Below are positions 9,634 through 18,684 of a DNA stretch of 64,000 nucleotides, in pieces. The notes below the pieces were generated by a model. It worked only from the letters and a program-made list of their open reading frames with translations. It was not told the DNA's origin and made no database searches. The stretch's first letter is position 1. Each line of letters begins with the position of its first letter. Source of the stretch: an uncultured Bdellovibrionales bacterium (GTDB lineage: Bacteria; Bdellovibrionota_C; UBA2361; CAYQVO01); the NCBI GenBank assembly GCA_964421085.1, contig CAYQVO010000003.1, positions 52,424 through 116,423 of the forward strand, in the 5' to 3' direction. Position numbers and translations under genes: made by a program.

Positions 9634-11094
9634 TCATTTAACGGCAGGCGAAGCAGCAGCCGGCGGCGCTGGTGTCGGCTTCGGCGGAACAAGCGTCTCT
9701 TTTGCCGGAGATATGTTCTTCAACGTTTCTTTGCTGATGATGAACGGTTCGCTCAAATCGCCGGTTCCTGCATGGTATCCATCATCCGTTCCGGATCCAA
9801 CAACCAGCGTCATGGGCGCCGGCTTCTCATCGCTTCCATATTTTGCAGTCCAGAGCGTAATCTTCAAAATCGGCTTATCGAATCCGAAGTCCTGAGACGA
9901 CTCGGGGAAACGGACAGCTTCGACATCGCCTGCGTTCTGGAGGAACTGCTGCACAAACGTCTGATCGGCGTCATTGCCCCCGATTTTCCACACATCTTTA
10001 TCAAACTCGAGAACAAGAGGTTCTTCGCCGGGCCTGACGATTTCAGCCTTCTTTACGACATCCAAACCGAAGCTGAACAACTTTTTCTCGCGGTAATCTT
10101 CAGGATCCAGAGAGATCCTGCCAAGCACGCTCTTGTCCATCCTTCCGGCGAAGGGAAGATTTCCCGCTCTGAAAGCAGTGTATTTCTTCGATTCATCACC
10201 CTCTTCTGAAAGCTCGCTCGCTTTCACCACGAGGGGCTCACCTTCTTTCTTTTCGAGAGAAGCGGTCATATCAGGCGTGTCGAGTCTCGTTTCCTGAAGA
10301 ACCTTTGAAGCATCCTCCGGTTTGAAATCAATGAAGCTGTCCGCTTTGAAATCCCGAAGCTCGCGGAAGAGTTCGTTCAGTTTCTCATCTGCGGCCGTAG
10401 CCTTTATGGGCTCGATAATCTTCCACTTATCCTCCGGCTGCCGCTCGATCACCAGCCTCCCGCCGTTCTTCTCTACTGTCGCTTTCCTGATTTCAAAGTC
10501 GGTGAACGAAACAAAATTCCTCTTTCGGAAATCGATCTCACGCTTGTCCGCGGCAGTGAAAAGCATATCGCTCGTCATGTAGACTCGATCGTCCCCCGAA
10601 ACCTGGAAGTAGCGTCTGGAAACAAACTCGTTCTTCTTCCCGAAGCGGATTTCGGAATTTCCGTTTGCGCTGCTTACGTTGATTGCAAGCTCCGGGGGCT
10701 TGAGCCCGTAAACTGAAAGATCCGCATCCTGCTCCTCCTTTGGAACGGCCGTATCAAGCTTAAGGGACATAAGAGGAGTGATCATCGCCTGGACCGTGCT
10801 GTAATCGAGAGGAGCGCCCGGAATCCGCGCCAGTTCCCATTCAGCTGCCGACGAGCCTGAATCTTCTTTTTCCCCCTCCTTCTTTTCGAGAACAGGCTTG
10901 TAGGTGCGGTCCTTGAGAGAGACTTTGCGATCACCTTTGATTACTTCGATGCTCTGAATCTGCTGCTGTTCGAGCCCCTTGAGAACAAGCTCCCCTTTCT
11001 CCTTTTCTTTCCCTTTCGGGATTTCATAGAGAAAGATGTATGCCGCGATGCCCGCAAGAATAACGGCAAGCACCAGTATTTTCTTCAACGTCAT
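9634..11094 (-). CDS. DUF4340-family periplasmic protein with an N-terminal TM anchor
   Basis: The N-terminus MTLKKILVLAVILAGIAAYIF is a TM anchor. It sits in the position and has the architecture usually seen for DUF4340 partners of GldG-like proteins, 24 bp downstream of the GldG-like gene. Confidence 0.55.
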   Translation of the reverse strand: MTLKKILVLAVILAGIAAYIFLYEIPKGKEKEKGELVLKGLEQQQIQSIEVIKGDRKVSLKDRTYKPVLEKKEGEKEDSGSSAAEWELARIPGAPLDYSTVQAMITPLMSLKLDTAVPKEEQDADLSVYGLKPPELAINVSSANGNSEIRFGKKNEFVSRRYFQVSGDDRVYMTSDMLFTAADKREIDFRKRNFVSFTDFEIRKATVEKNGGRLVIERQPEDKWKIIEPIKATAADEKLNELFRELRDFKADSFIDFKPEDASKVLQETRLDTPDMTASLEKKEGEPLVVKASELSEEGDESKKYTAFRAGNLPFAGRMDKSVLGRISLDPEDYREKKLFSFGLDVVKKAEIVRPGEEPLVLEFDKDVWKIGGNDADQTFVQQFLQNAGDVEAVRFPESSQDFGFDKPILKITLWTAKYGSDEKPAPMTLVVGSGTDDGYHAGTGDLSEPFIISKETLKNISPAKETLVPPKPTPAPPAAASPAVK

Positions 11095-11118
11095 AGCTTC
11101 CCCCGGAGGTAAAACACG

Positions 11119-12726
11119 CTATTTCAGGCTTCTTCTTCTCCACCAGACCAGCAGGCCCGCAAGAAGAATGATTTCAGGAATAATATAGCTGCCCACAAAA
11201 ATGTTGATGAACAGGCTCTTTTGTACCGGCTCGGCGGACGCCCGCATCTGCTTCGGCCGGATGGAAATTCCGCCCTCTTCGCCGGCAAGCCAGTTGACGA
11301 TATTGAGAGCAAGATCCGTTGCCGAATAATTCCTGATACTGGCGTTGGCAAACCAGTCCGCATTGCCGGCAATCACCGCACGCGACACTTTATCGAATCC
11401 CGCTGCGCCTTCCTCGGACTTCGCCTTTTCAACAGTCTTTTCGCAGACAACACCGACGGAAACAGGTCCTGTAATATCACCTTCATCTTTTGAAGCGCTC
11501 GGGTTGCTCTGATCAAACAGGAGCGCAAGATTTGTCTCTGCCCATGAATTTTTCCCGGTCTTCAGGAACTCCTGGCAGTTCTTTTTGGCGTCGGCATTTG
11601 ATTCGTCAACCCTCACTGAGGATGTCATGCCAAAAACGGCCAAATCCGCCTCGCTGAACTTTTCGAGAATCTTGTGAGTGCCATTCAGATTCAGAATCGG
11701 CGACACGCCAAGGGCCGGGCCGGCAAAGAGGCGCTGCACCAGATCGACTATGACATCGGTCCCGATCTTCACGCCGAAATGCGCAGCCATGTCTTTCACA
11801 TCCCGGGAAGGACTCTGCTGATCGTATGTAATGAGGAGACGCCCGCCGTTATCTGCGTACTGAATCAGCATCTCCTTTTCCTGCGGCAGCAAAGGCTTGC
11901 GCGGAGCGTTGAGAATCACAGCGGCCGCATCGCCCGGCACAGAGCTGCTTTGCCCCAGAATAAGAGGCTCAATCAGCATGTGCTCGTCAGTGACAGCCGT
12001 CGCGAAGTGCTGATAGCCTTCGGGCTTGTTTGATTTGATGTCCCCTTCTCCGTGACCCTGCACATAATAAACTTTTTTCTCCTGGCCCTTTGCGAGCTTC
12101 AGCACCGCATTTGTGATGCCCTCTTCCGTGAATTCGGCAATCCTCGTGATGGCCTTTGGATCCTTATCCCCATACTCTATGTAAACAGGGTTGCCGCTCT
12201 TCATGCCGTACTTCTCGATAAGATGAGGTTTGGCCTGAGGATCCACGATTTCATAATCGAATTTCGAAGGATTCGCGCTCTTGTACAGATCAAGAAGATC
12301 CTTGATCCGCTCCTGGTCGGGGCCGCTCGGGACCTTGAACACGACGATCTTGAGCGGCAGTTTCAGGCCGGCAATTATGTTCTTTGACTGCTCGGCGATA
12401 CTGTAAACACCCTGCTCTGTCAGATCCCACCGTTTATCGTGCTTTGACGCGAGATAGTTTGCGAAAACAAGTATTGCCGCAAAGAGCAGAGTGTAGACCA
12501 CGGCAAGAGAGACAAAGCGGCTTGTCCTGCCGCTTACGACATCGCGGGCAGTGCCCACATTCGAAACGCCGTAGCCGACTACCCACGCGACGATGAGGCC
12601 TGCGCCAAGGACAATGTGCACGAGCACAAGAGGATTCAAAAATCCGGCAACGAGCCCTCCGATCGCTCCGAAAAGGAAAACTACGACTCCTGCCAGGCCC
12701 GCAAATCTAATCCAGCTGTTGTTCAT
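11119..12726 (-). CDS. GldG-like auxiliary component of an ABC-type exporter (Gldg family)
   Basis: 535 aa with N- and C-terminal TM helices flanking a large periplasmic domain. It follows the ABC-2 permease, which is the standard gldA / gldF / gldG arrangement. Confidence 0.65.
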   Translation of the reverse strand: MNNSWIRFAGLAGVVVFLFGAIGGLVAGFLNPLVLVHIVLGAGLIVAWVVGYGVSNVGTARDVVSGRTSRFVSLAVVYTLLFAAILVFANYLASKHDKRWDLTEQGVYSIAEQSKNIIAGLKLPLKIVVFKVPSGPDQERIKDLLDLYKSANPSKFDYEIVDPQAKPHLIEKYGMKSGNPVYIEYGDKDPKAITRIAEFTEEGITNAVLKLAKGQEKKVYYVQGHGEGDIKSNKPEGYQHFATAVTDEHMLIEPLILGQSSSVPGDAAAVILNAPRKPLLPQEKEMLIQYADNGGRLLITYDQQSPSRDVKDMAAHFGVKIGTDVIVDLVQRLFAGPALGVSPILNLNGTHKILEKFSEADLAVFGMTSSVRVDESNADAKKNCQEFLKTGKNSWAETNLALLFDQSNPSASKDEGDITGPVSVGVVCEKTVEKAKSEEGAAGFDKVSRAVIAGNADWFANASIRNYSATDLALNIVNWLAGEEGGISIRPKQMRASAEPVQKSLFINIFVGSYIIPEIILLAGLLVWWRRRSLK

Positions 12727-12760
12727 GTTATTTCCCCTGTCTCCAAACCGGTTCCCTTAA

Positions 12761-13534
12761 TCAGCGCCAGCGATAAGCTTCAAGAGCGCGCAGAGAGATA
12801 AAAAGCCCGACGCATATCAGGCTTATAAAATAGACGATTGCCTTGAGCGATATCACGCCGCGAAGAAGGTCCTTAACCTCCATCACGGGCGAGAGACTGT
12901 TGAGAACTTCCGCCGTGTTGCCGCCGAACGATTGAGCCGGCCAGTGGATCATGTAAAGGAGCAGAAGCACAACCATGCCGACAATTCCCGCCACGATCTG
13001 ATTTTCGGTAAATGCTGAAACCGCCATTCCTGCGGCAACGAGTCCGAAAGTGTAGAGCACTATTCCCAGGAGGCCGCTCAGAATCGGATAAAACTCAGGA
13101 CCTGCATAAAGCGAGAGAAGAAGCGGGAAGGAAAAGACAAGAAGCATCATAATAATGACAACCGCCGCAACTCCCAGGAACTTTCCGAAAACAATCTCGC
13201 CGACTGAAAGCGGCGACGTGACTAGAAGCTCGAATGTTCCTCTTCTCTTATCCTCCGCAAATACGCGCATCGTAAGGAGAGGCACGAGAAATATAAGGAC
13301 GACGAGAAGTGTGCCGTAATAAGGCTCCACTACCCACTGGTTGAGGTTAGGAAGCTGCCCGCCCATCATGTAAGGCATCTGCTGGTACTGCATCAGGAAC
13401 ATGTTGAACTGCGCCAGCAGCATGAAAAAGAAGTATGCGGCAAGCAGAAGAAAGCCGGTTATTACGAAGTAAGCAATCGGCGAAACAAAGAATGCAAGGA
13501 GCTCTCTCCGGCAGATGGCAAATGCGTTTCTCAT
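12761..13534 (-). CDS. ABC-2 family transporter permease (GldF-like)
   Basis: 257 aa with six predicted TM helices. It is 10 bp downstream of the ABC ATPase gene. Confidence 0.7.
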   Translation of the reverse strand: MRNAFAICRRELLAFFVSPIAYFVITGFLLLAAYFFFMLLAQFNMFLMQYQQMPYMMGGQLPNLNQWVVEPYYGTLLVVLIFLVPLLTMRVFAEDKRRGTFELLVTSPLSVGEIVFGKFLGVAAVVIIMMLLVFSFPLLLSLYAGPEFYPILSGLLGIVLYTFGLVAAGMAVSAFTENQIVAGIVGMVVLLLLYMIHWPAQSFGGNTAEVLNSLSPVMEVKDLLRGVISLKAIVYFISLICVGLFISLRALEAYRWR

Positions 13535-13544
13535 GATTTCCTCC

Positions 13545-14255
13545 TTAATTCACGCTCTCGACCCGCATGCAGTCAAGGAAAACCTCTTCGAGAGGCTTGT
13601 GAAGTTCACTGAGCGGACTCTCCAGGGCAATCCGTCCTTCGTTAATGATGACGACTTTCTGGCACACCACTGAAACCTCCGGCAGAATGTGCGTGCTCAG
13701 GATGACCGTGTGATCTTTTCCGAGACCGGCAATCATCCGGCGGATATCTATGATCTGTTTCGGATCAAGTCCGATCGTCGGCTCGTCGAGAATGATCACA
13801 TCAGGCTCGTGGACCAGAGCCTGGGCGAGACTCACGCGCTGACGATATCCTCGTGAGAGGTGCTGACAGAGACGATACCGCACTTCTGTGAGGAAGCATT
13901 TCTCCATGGCCAGATCGACTTTCCCGGAAAGCTGCGAAGCCGCGATACCTTTGATGCGCCCGACAAACCGCAAGTACTCTTCGACGGTCATCTCGCCGTA
14001 AAGAGGCGGTGTCTCCGGGAGGTATCCTATCCGCTTCCGCACCTCGTCTGCCTGACGCTGAATGTCGAAACCCTCGACTGAGGCCGTGCCTTCCGACGGC
14101 GGAAGATAGGTGGTCAACATGCGAAGGGTCGTCGTTTTCCCGGCGCCGTTAGGCCCGAGAAAACCGACTATCTCTCCTTTCCGGGCAGTGAAACTGACGC
14201 CGCGGACAGCGGCCACCTCACCATAGTACTTCGCGAGATTCTGAACTGTAATCAT
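13545..14255 (-). CDS. ABC transporter ATP-binding protein (GldA-like)
   Basis: Walker A GPNGAGKTTTL, ABC signature LSRGYRQRVSLAQAL and Walker B VIILDEPT. Confidence 0.85.
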   Translation of the reverse strand: MITVQNLAKYYGEVAAVRGVSFTARKGEIVGFLGPNGAGKTTTLRMLTTYLPPSEGTASVEGFDIQRQADEVRKRIGYLPETPPLYGEMTVEEYLRFVGRIKGIAASQLSGKVDLAMEKCFLTEVRYRLCQHLSRGYRQRVSLAQALVHEPDVIILDEPTIGLDPKQIIDIRRMIAGLGKDHTVILSTHILPEVSVVCQKVVIINEGRIALESPLSELHKPLEEVFLDCMRVESVN

Positions 14256-14519
14256 CTTGCCGTGCTCTCAATGAAGCTTGAAATATTGTGCATGGATCCT
14301 CCTATATCCGTCCAAAAAGTCAAGCAGGACGGGGGGATAGAGGCATCCACACCTTTTTTTTCAGAAGTATAATAGCCGGAACGGGAAAGTGCACAAGAGT
14401 CTGATTGCCACGCACATTTGACTCAATGAAATCGGGGGAGGATCAGCGTGAAAAGCAGGTAAAATCCCGGTCGAGAAACCGTAAGAATGTTTCTGTCGCC
14501 ACGTCCAATCCTGAATGGA

Positions 14520-14540
14520 AGAATCAAGCCCGTGGCAATC
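14520..14540. repeat. Copy B of the 21-nt direct repeat AGAATCAAGCCCGTGGCAATC
   Basis: Identical to 7457..7477. It lies 26 bp upstream of the probable ATG (14566) of the amidohydrolase gene, inside the track's TTG-extended version of that ORF. Confidence 0.8.
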
Positions 14541-14565
14541 TCAATCGCAGCGGGTACACTGGAAT

Positions 14566-15532
14566 AATGATCGTCGACTGCCACATTCACGCGATTGGAG
14601 ACGGCTCATCCGGTTCGGGCTGCAGGCTGACACTTCGCAATCCAGTTCAACGGATATTCGCGCGGGGACTCCTTGCGAGCCTTCGTCTCCCGCAGTCTCT
14701 CCTTTCAGGAGATCTCGACTCGGCGTACCTTCAGTATCTTCTTGAAATGATCAACACATCCTCCATCGACGCTGCTGTGGTTCTTGCGCAGGACGAAGTG
14801 CACGACGAAAACGGGCGTGTGATGGAAGGAGTCTCGAACTTTTATGTCCCGAATGATTATGTCCTCAAACTGTCGCGCGAACACGAAAAAATACTTCCAG
14901 GGGTATCAATACACCCTGCGCGCAAAGACGCTTTTGATGAACTGGAAAAATGCATCGAACAAAAAGCCGTCCTTCTGAAATGTAATCCGTGCAGCCAGAA
15001 TATCGACTGCAGCAGTCCGCGTTACACTCGTTTCTGGGAAAGAATGGCGGAAGCAAACCTTCCGCTTCTTGCGCACACAGGAAGCGAAGCGTGCGTGCCG
15101 GTTGTGAACAGGTCTTATGAAAGTCCTTCGATGCTTCGCCTTCCTCTTGAATGCGGCGTGAAAGTCATCGCTGCGCACTGCGGCGCAAGAAGTTTTTCTC
15201 CGGCAGGCGGGCATCTGCGGATGTTCAGAAGCATGCTTGAGGAGTTCCCGAATCTGTATGGAGACATAAGCGGCATGATGCTTCCCGTGCGCGCGAGGTA
15301 TCTAAAGCATCTGCTGAAGGAGCCTTTTGTGAGCCGGCTTGTACATGGAAGCGATGTGCCGGTTGCTGTATTTCCGTCAGCAGGGCTGGTTCATGGGTTG
15401 ATCAGCGCAGAGGAATACAGTTCGCTCAGAAAGATAAAGAATCCTGTTGAACTCGATTACCGGCTTAAGCGGGCAATTGGGTTCCCGGAGGGGGTTTTTA
15501 CAGGACTCGATGTTCTTCCACCTCAGTACTGA
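14566..15532 (+). CDS. Amidohydrolase-2 family (TIM-barrel metal-dependent hydrolase)
   Basis: MIVDCHIHAIGDG is the His-x-His metal ligand pair that begins amidohydrolase_2 proteins. The track ORF starts at a TTG (14405); the ATG at 14566 is preferred, which leaves the repeat in the 5' region. Confidence 0.6.
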
Positions 15533-15555
15533 TCCGCCCGATGGTACGCAGCGGC

Positions 15556-17571
15556 TCAGAGTCCCAGGAAGAAGCCGAGGCCGAACTTCAAAACCTTTTC
15601 CACAGTTGTGTCCTTGTGCGGGTTTTTAGTTGTCACGGTATTGACCCACCTGCCTAAGGTCGCGTTCAGCTGCAATGACGCATCCTGTATCTGTTTCTTC
15701 GTGCTCTCCGGGTTCTCCACCACATCCAGCCAGCCCCTGATGGTCTGGTAATCCTTGCTGTACTGATTGCTGGAGGCATGTATCATGGTCTGGAGCTGAG
15801 CAAGCTGGTAGTAACCATCTTTCGAGGAAGTGAAAAAATCAACCCAGTTGACATGCTCCACTTTTATGCCATCGAAACTGGTTTTCGGAATCCCGAGCTG
15901 GTCCGCGCTGAGACGTCCTTCCGCAAGCGCTGCTGAGAGCCAGCTTGTTTTCTCGACGGGATCGTACGTAAGGTCGAGCGTGGAATAAAAAACAGTCTCG
16001 TCTTCCGGCGTTTGCGGCGGCGCCGGAAACTGAACAGGCGGCTGAGAAAGAAGACGCCTTAATACGGACTCGAAGCGGGCGGAAGCTTTGTCGACATCGG
16101 CCATTGATTTCGCATTCGTAATCTGCTCCGTCCAGATCCTGTAGCCTTCCAGAAGTTCCACCTTCCTTGCCGGAGCTGAATAGGCATCTATCCCGAAAAA
16201 CCTGTCAGGCGGATCGAGAGTCTGAGCAGTCCCCATTGGCCTGCCAATTCTCGGCTCAAGACAGTGGAAGATATTCTCGTATCTCAAGAAGTCTCGGGCG
16301 GTGAGCTGCCTTCCGCCAACAGTGGTGTTATTAACGAACATCTCGAGTGCATTAATTCTAATCCCATCCTGTTCAAGAAATGGAAGCACTGTTTCCGGAT
16401 GGGGAATGACTTCGATTTCAGGTACCAGGCCTTCTTCTTCAGCCGCCGGCTCAGGCTCTGTCGCAGCCCATTGTTCTGTATTGGCCTGCGCTGTTGTAGT
16501 CTCCTTCTCCAGCACACCATAAAACTCCTCGTTAAGCCTCCACCATTCTCTGGCGAAATCCTCCCGACATGCGTTCGGGTCCGAACTCTTCAGAAACTCG
16601 TCTACACGCGCAGTCATGTCGGTTACAAATTTAAGCCTTGCACTGTAAAGATCGGGACATTTTTCGGGAGAAATTTCTCCGTAGAATGCCACAAGCCTGT
16701 CGTAATGCGGCTTGCACTTGAGGTTCATGAAGTCATCCCCTATGCCCTCAAAATAGTTGTCTTTCAATGCAACGCCCGGCCATATGCCTCTAAGCTCAGC
16801 CTCGGCTTCAGCAAGACTCTTCTGCACTGCCTCGGGCGCCGTCTCCACCGGAAGGGCAGAAGGCTCAACGATCTGCTGAGTTGGGGCGGCTTCCGCAGGT
16901 GTCACAGGGGTTGTCTCGGGAGTTACAGGGAAAGTCTCAATCGGCGATGGTTCCGTAATAACGGGCTGCAGCGGCGTCGGCGGCGTCAACACCAGCTCAG
17001 GCGTTGTCTCCATGGTGCCAACGGGCGGCGTCAACACCGGCTCGGACGTCGTCGCTGCGGCAACAACAGGCGTCTCCTCGTTCGGAGGAGTTGTATCAGC
17101 AAGTGGCACCGGCGGCGGGGTAATAGCCTCTTCCCCCGATGGTTTCGCATTACCAGCCGGCCTCCCTGTCCACCGGGCCGCAAGTGAAGGATAAGGAAGC
17201 TCTCTACCATGAAAATTTGCTATTGCATTCGCGGCGAGCTTTGCGCTGACAACCGCTGCCCGTGCATATCCCGCCTTTGTGTAAATGTCGGCGCCGGCCG
17301 GATAAAGTTTTGAAAACTTGGAGGCTGAGCCTCCAAGCTCATTCATAAGCGAAGCGACAATTTTTCTATCTTCTTCCGGGGCATTCTTCCAGAACTCTGC
17401 ACCTGCCTTGTCATATACATTCCCAAGAACCTTTCTCAACTCACTCTCAGCTGTCGAAAGCTGGGACCTCATTTCATTGAGTTCTGCTGCTGCCTCATTC
17501 CGGTTCGCTGCCAGTCGCGCATCTGCGCTTGTTGATTCAGGGGCAGTTCCCGGCGCAGTTCTGGTTGTCAT
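15556..17571 (-). CDS. Hypothetical protein with a coiled-coil N-terminus, a Pro/Thr/Glu-rich linker and a hydrophobic C-terminal tail
   Basis: No recognisable family. The start was moved to the ATG at 17571 (MTTRTAPG...), which has an AAGGAG Shine-Dalgarno sequence 8 nt upstream. A ~110-aa low-complexity stretch is present: TPPPVPLADTTPPNEETPVVAAATTSEPVLTPPVGTMETTPELVLTPPTPLQPVITEPSPIETFPVTPETTPVTPAEAAP. The C-terminus is KFGLGFFLGL. Codon usage is atypical for the window (AGA/AGG/ATA/TTA/GCA appear frequent). Confidence 0.6.
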   Translation of the reverse strand: MTTRTAPGTAPESTSADARLAANRNEAAAELNEMRSQLSTAESELRKVLGNVYDKAGAEFWKNAPEEDRKIVASLMNELGGSASKFSKLYPAGADIYTKAGYARAAVVSAKLAANAIANFHGRELPYPSLAARWTGRPAGNAKPSGEEAITPPPVPLADTTPPNEETPVVAAATTSEPVLTPPVGTMETTPELVLTPPTPLQPVITEPSPIETFPVTPETTPVTPAEAAPTQQIVEPSALPVETAPEAVQKSLAEAEAELRGIWPGVALKDNYFEGIGDDFMNLKCKPHYDRLVAFYGEISPEKCPDLYSARLKFVTDMTARVDEFLKSSDPNACREDFAREWWRLNEEFYGVLEKETTTAQANTEQWAATEPEPAAEEEGLVPEIEVIPHPETVLPFLEQDGIRINALEMFVNNTTVGGRQLTARDFLRYENIFHCLEPRIGRPMGTAQTLDPPDRFFGIDAYSAPARKVELLEGYRIWTEQITNAKSMADVDKASARFESVLRRLLSQPPVQFPAPPQTPEDETVFYSTLDLTYDPVEKTSWLSAALAEGRLSADQLGIPKTSFDGIKVEHVNWVDFFTSSKDGYYQLAQLQTMIHASSNQYSKDYQTIRGWLDVVENPESTKKQIQDASLQLNATLGRWVNTVTTKNPHKDTTVEKVLKFGLGFFLGL

Positions 17572-17706
17572 TTCGGTACTCCTTCTCAATGAATAACTCG
17601 TACAAATACGTTATCGCTCCCAAAAGATGAGCCGTATCATTATTTCGGCAGTATCTATTCAACTAGAAGCAAAAATAAGAAAATCGCGTAAAAATCAAAT
17701 TAAAGT

Positions 17707-17734
17707 TTGATTAAGGATACATTGCGCGTAGAAT
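17707..17734 (+). promoter_or_regulatory. σ70-like promoter: TTGATT (-35), 16-nt spacer, TAGAAT (-10), for the gene at 17779
   Basis: It lies in a 189-bp AT-rich intergenic region (17590..17778). A strong AGGAG Shine-Dalgarno sequence sits 7 nt before the ATG at 17779. The same AT-rich region must also hold the divergent promoter for the 15556..17571 gene. Confidence 0.45.
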
Positions 17735-17778
17735 CGTAATAATCGTGGGTAGAGCATAAATTAATCAGGAGCTAAGCT

Positions 17779-18684
17779 ATGGCAAATGCAAATACAGCAG
17801 CAGTTGGAGCCCTAATAGGTACGTTAGGTCTCGGCGGAGCTACCCTTCCGCCGGCAAGGGCAGCGGATACACCGGAACTACAGCCGGTGGCAAGGACTGC
17901 AGTCGCGGAGGCAGTAGATTCTCAGCGCACAGTCGACCAGGGTCAATGGGTGAAGACTCAGCTCCCCTTCGATCTGGTAAGGAAGTATCTTCCAAATGAT
18001 CTGAGCCGGGCGCAAATAGAAAGATTTTACCGTATATCAATGGGAATTTTGTCCGGCCAGCAACCCTCCGTTGAAGATGCCCAATTCATAGACAGAATTC
18101 GGAGGCATAACGGACTCCGTATTGGCAGTCAGGACGGTCCGGCGGATGCAACTGGAAGTTGTATCCGACAGGAGGCGTGTCGGTTTGTCGTCATGGCCTT
18201 TACCGGGTACACAAAGACAGACACCGTCAACGAGACGACTACTGTGACTAACACCGTCACTGTTCCTGGCCCCACGACTCAGGTTGAGGTACCCACTACT
18301 ACCATTGTTCAATGCCAGTGCGATCAGGCACACCTGGCTCTCCAGGAAGCTATAGGCAGATGCGCTTCAAGAGAGGAAGTTGATCAGCTCAGAGAGTGGG
18401 TCATGGGACTTACCAAAGTAGTTTACGAGGACAGGGGCCGACTCGACGAGCACCTGCGGAACCACCAACAGCAGGCCAGAACTCCGAATGTTGTCATCAA
18501 TTTCCACCCCGTAATCAATAACAACAGCTCAAGCAGCAGCTGGAGCATAGGTGGCCTCGCGCTTCAGACCGGTGCGAAGATCCTCTTTGGAGGTGACCGC
18601 CGCGGCGGAGGTTGCCTGCGCCCGGATCCCTGTCCGCCTGTCAACTTTGGCAATACTCCTGGCGATTACACGGGATCGAGATAA
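17779..18684 (+). CDS. Hypothetical protein (301 aa), Thr-rich and Gly/Cys-containing, no family assigned
   Basis: The N-terminus MANANTAAVGALIGTLGLGGATLPPARAAD is hydrophobic but lacks a basic n-region. There is a Thr/Val-rich block TDTVNETTTVTNTVTVPGPTTQVEVPTTTIVQCQCD and a Gly-rich C-terminus. It has a canonical promoter and Shine-Dalgarno sequence. Codon usage is visibly AT-shifted. Confidence 0.55.
   Translation: MANANTAAVGALIGTLGLGGATLPPARAADTPELQPVARTAVAEAVDSQRTVDQGQWVKTQLPFDLVRKYLPNDLSRAQIERFYRISMGILSGQQPSVEDAQFIDRIRRHNGLRIGSQDGPADATGSCIRQEACRFVVMAFTGYTKTDTVNETTTVTNTVTVPGPTTQVEVPTTTIVQCQCDQAHLALQEAIGRCASREEVDQLREWVMGLTKVVYEDRGRLDEHLRNHQQQARTPNVVINFHPVINNNSSSSSWSIGGLALQTGAKILFGGDRRGGGCLRPDPCPPVNFGNTPGDYTGSR

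Noticed and set aside
14405-14565. N-terminal 54-aa extension of the amidohydrolase ORF as given in the track
   Set aside because: It starts at a TTG and contains the intergenic direct repeat. The amidohydrolase HxH motif begins right at the ATG at 14566.
16264-17187. 307-aa plus-strand ORF rich in Arg/Cys/Leu
   Set aside because: Antisense to the 672-aa gene. Its low-complexity RRRR/CC composition is the mirror of the Pro/Thr/Glu-rich linker codons.
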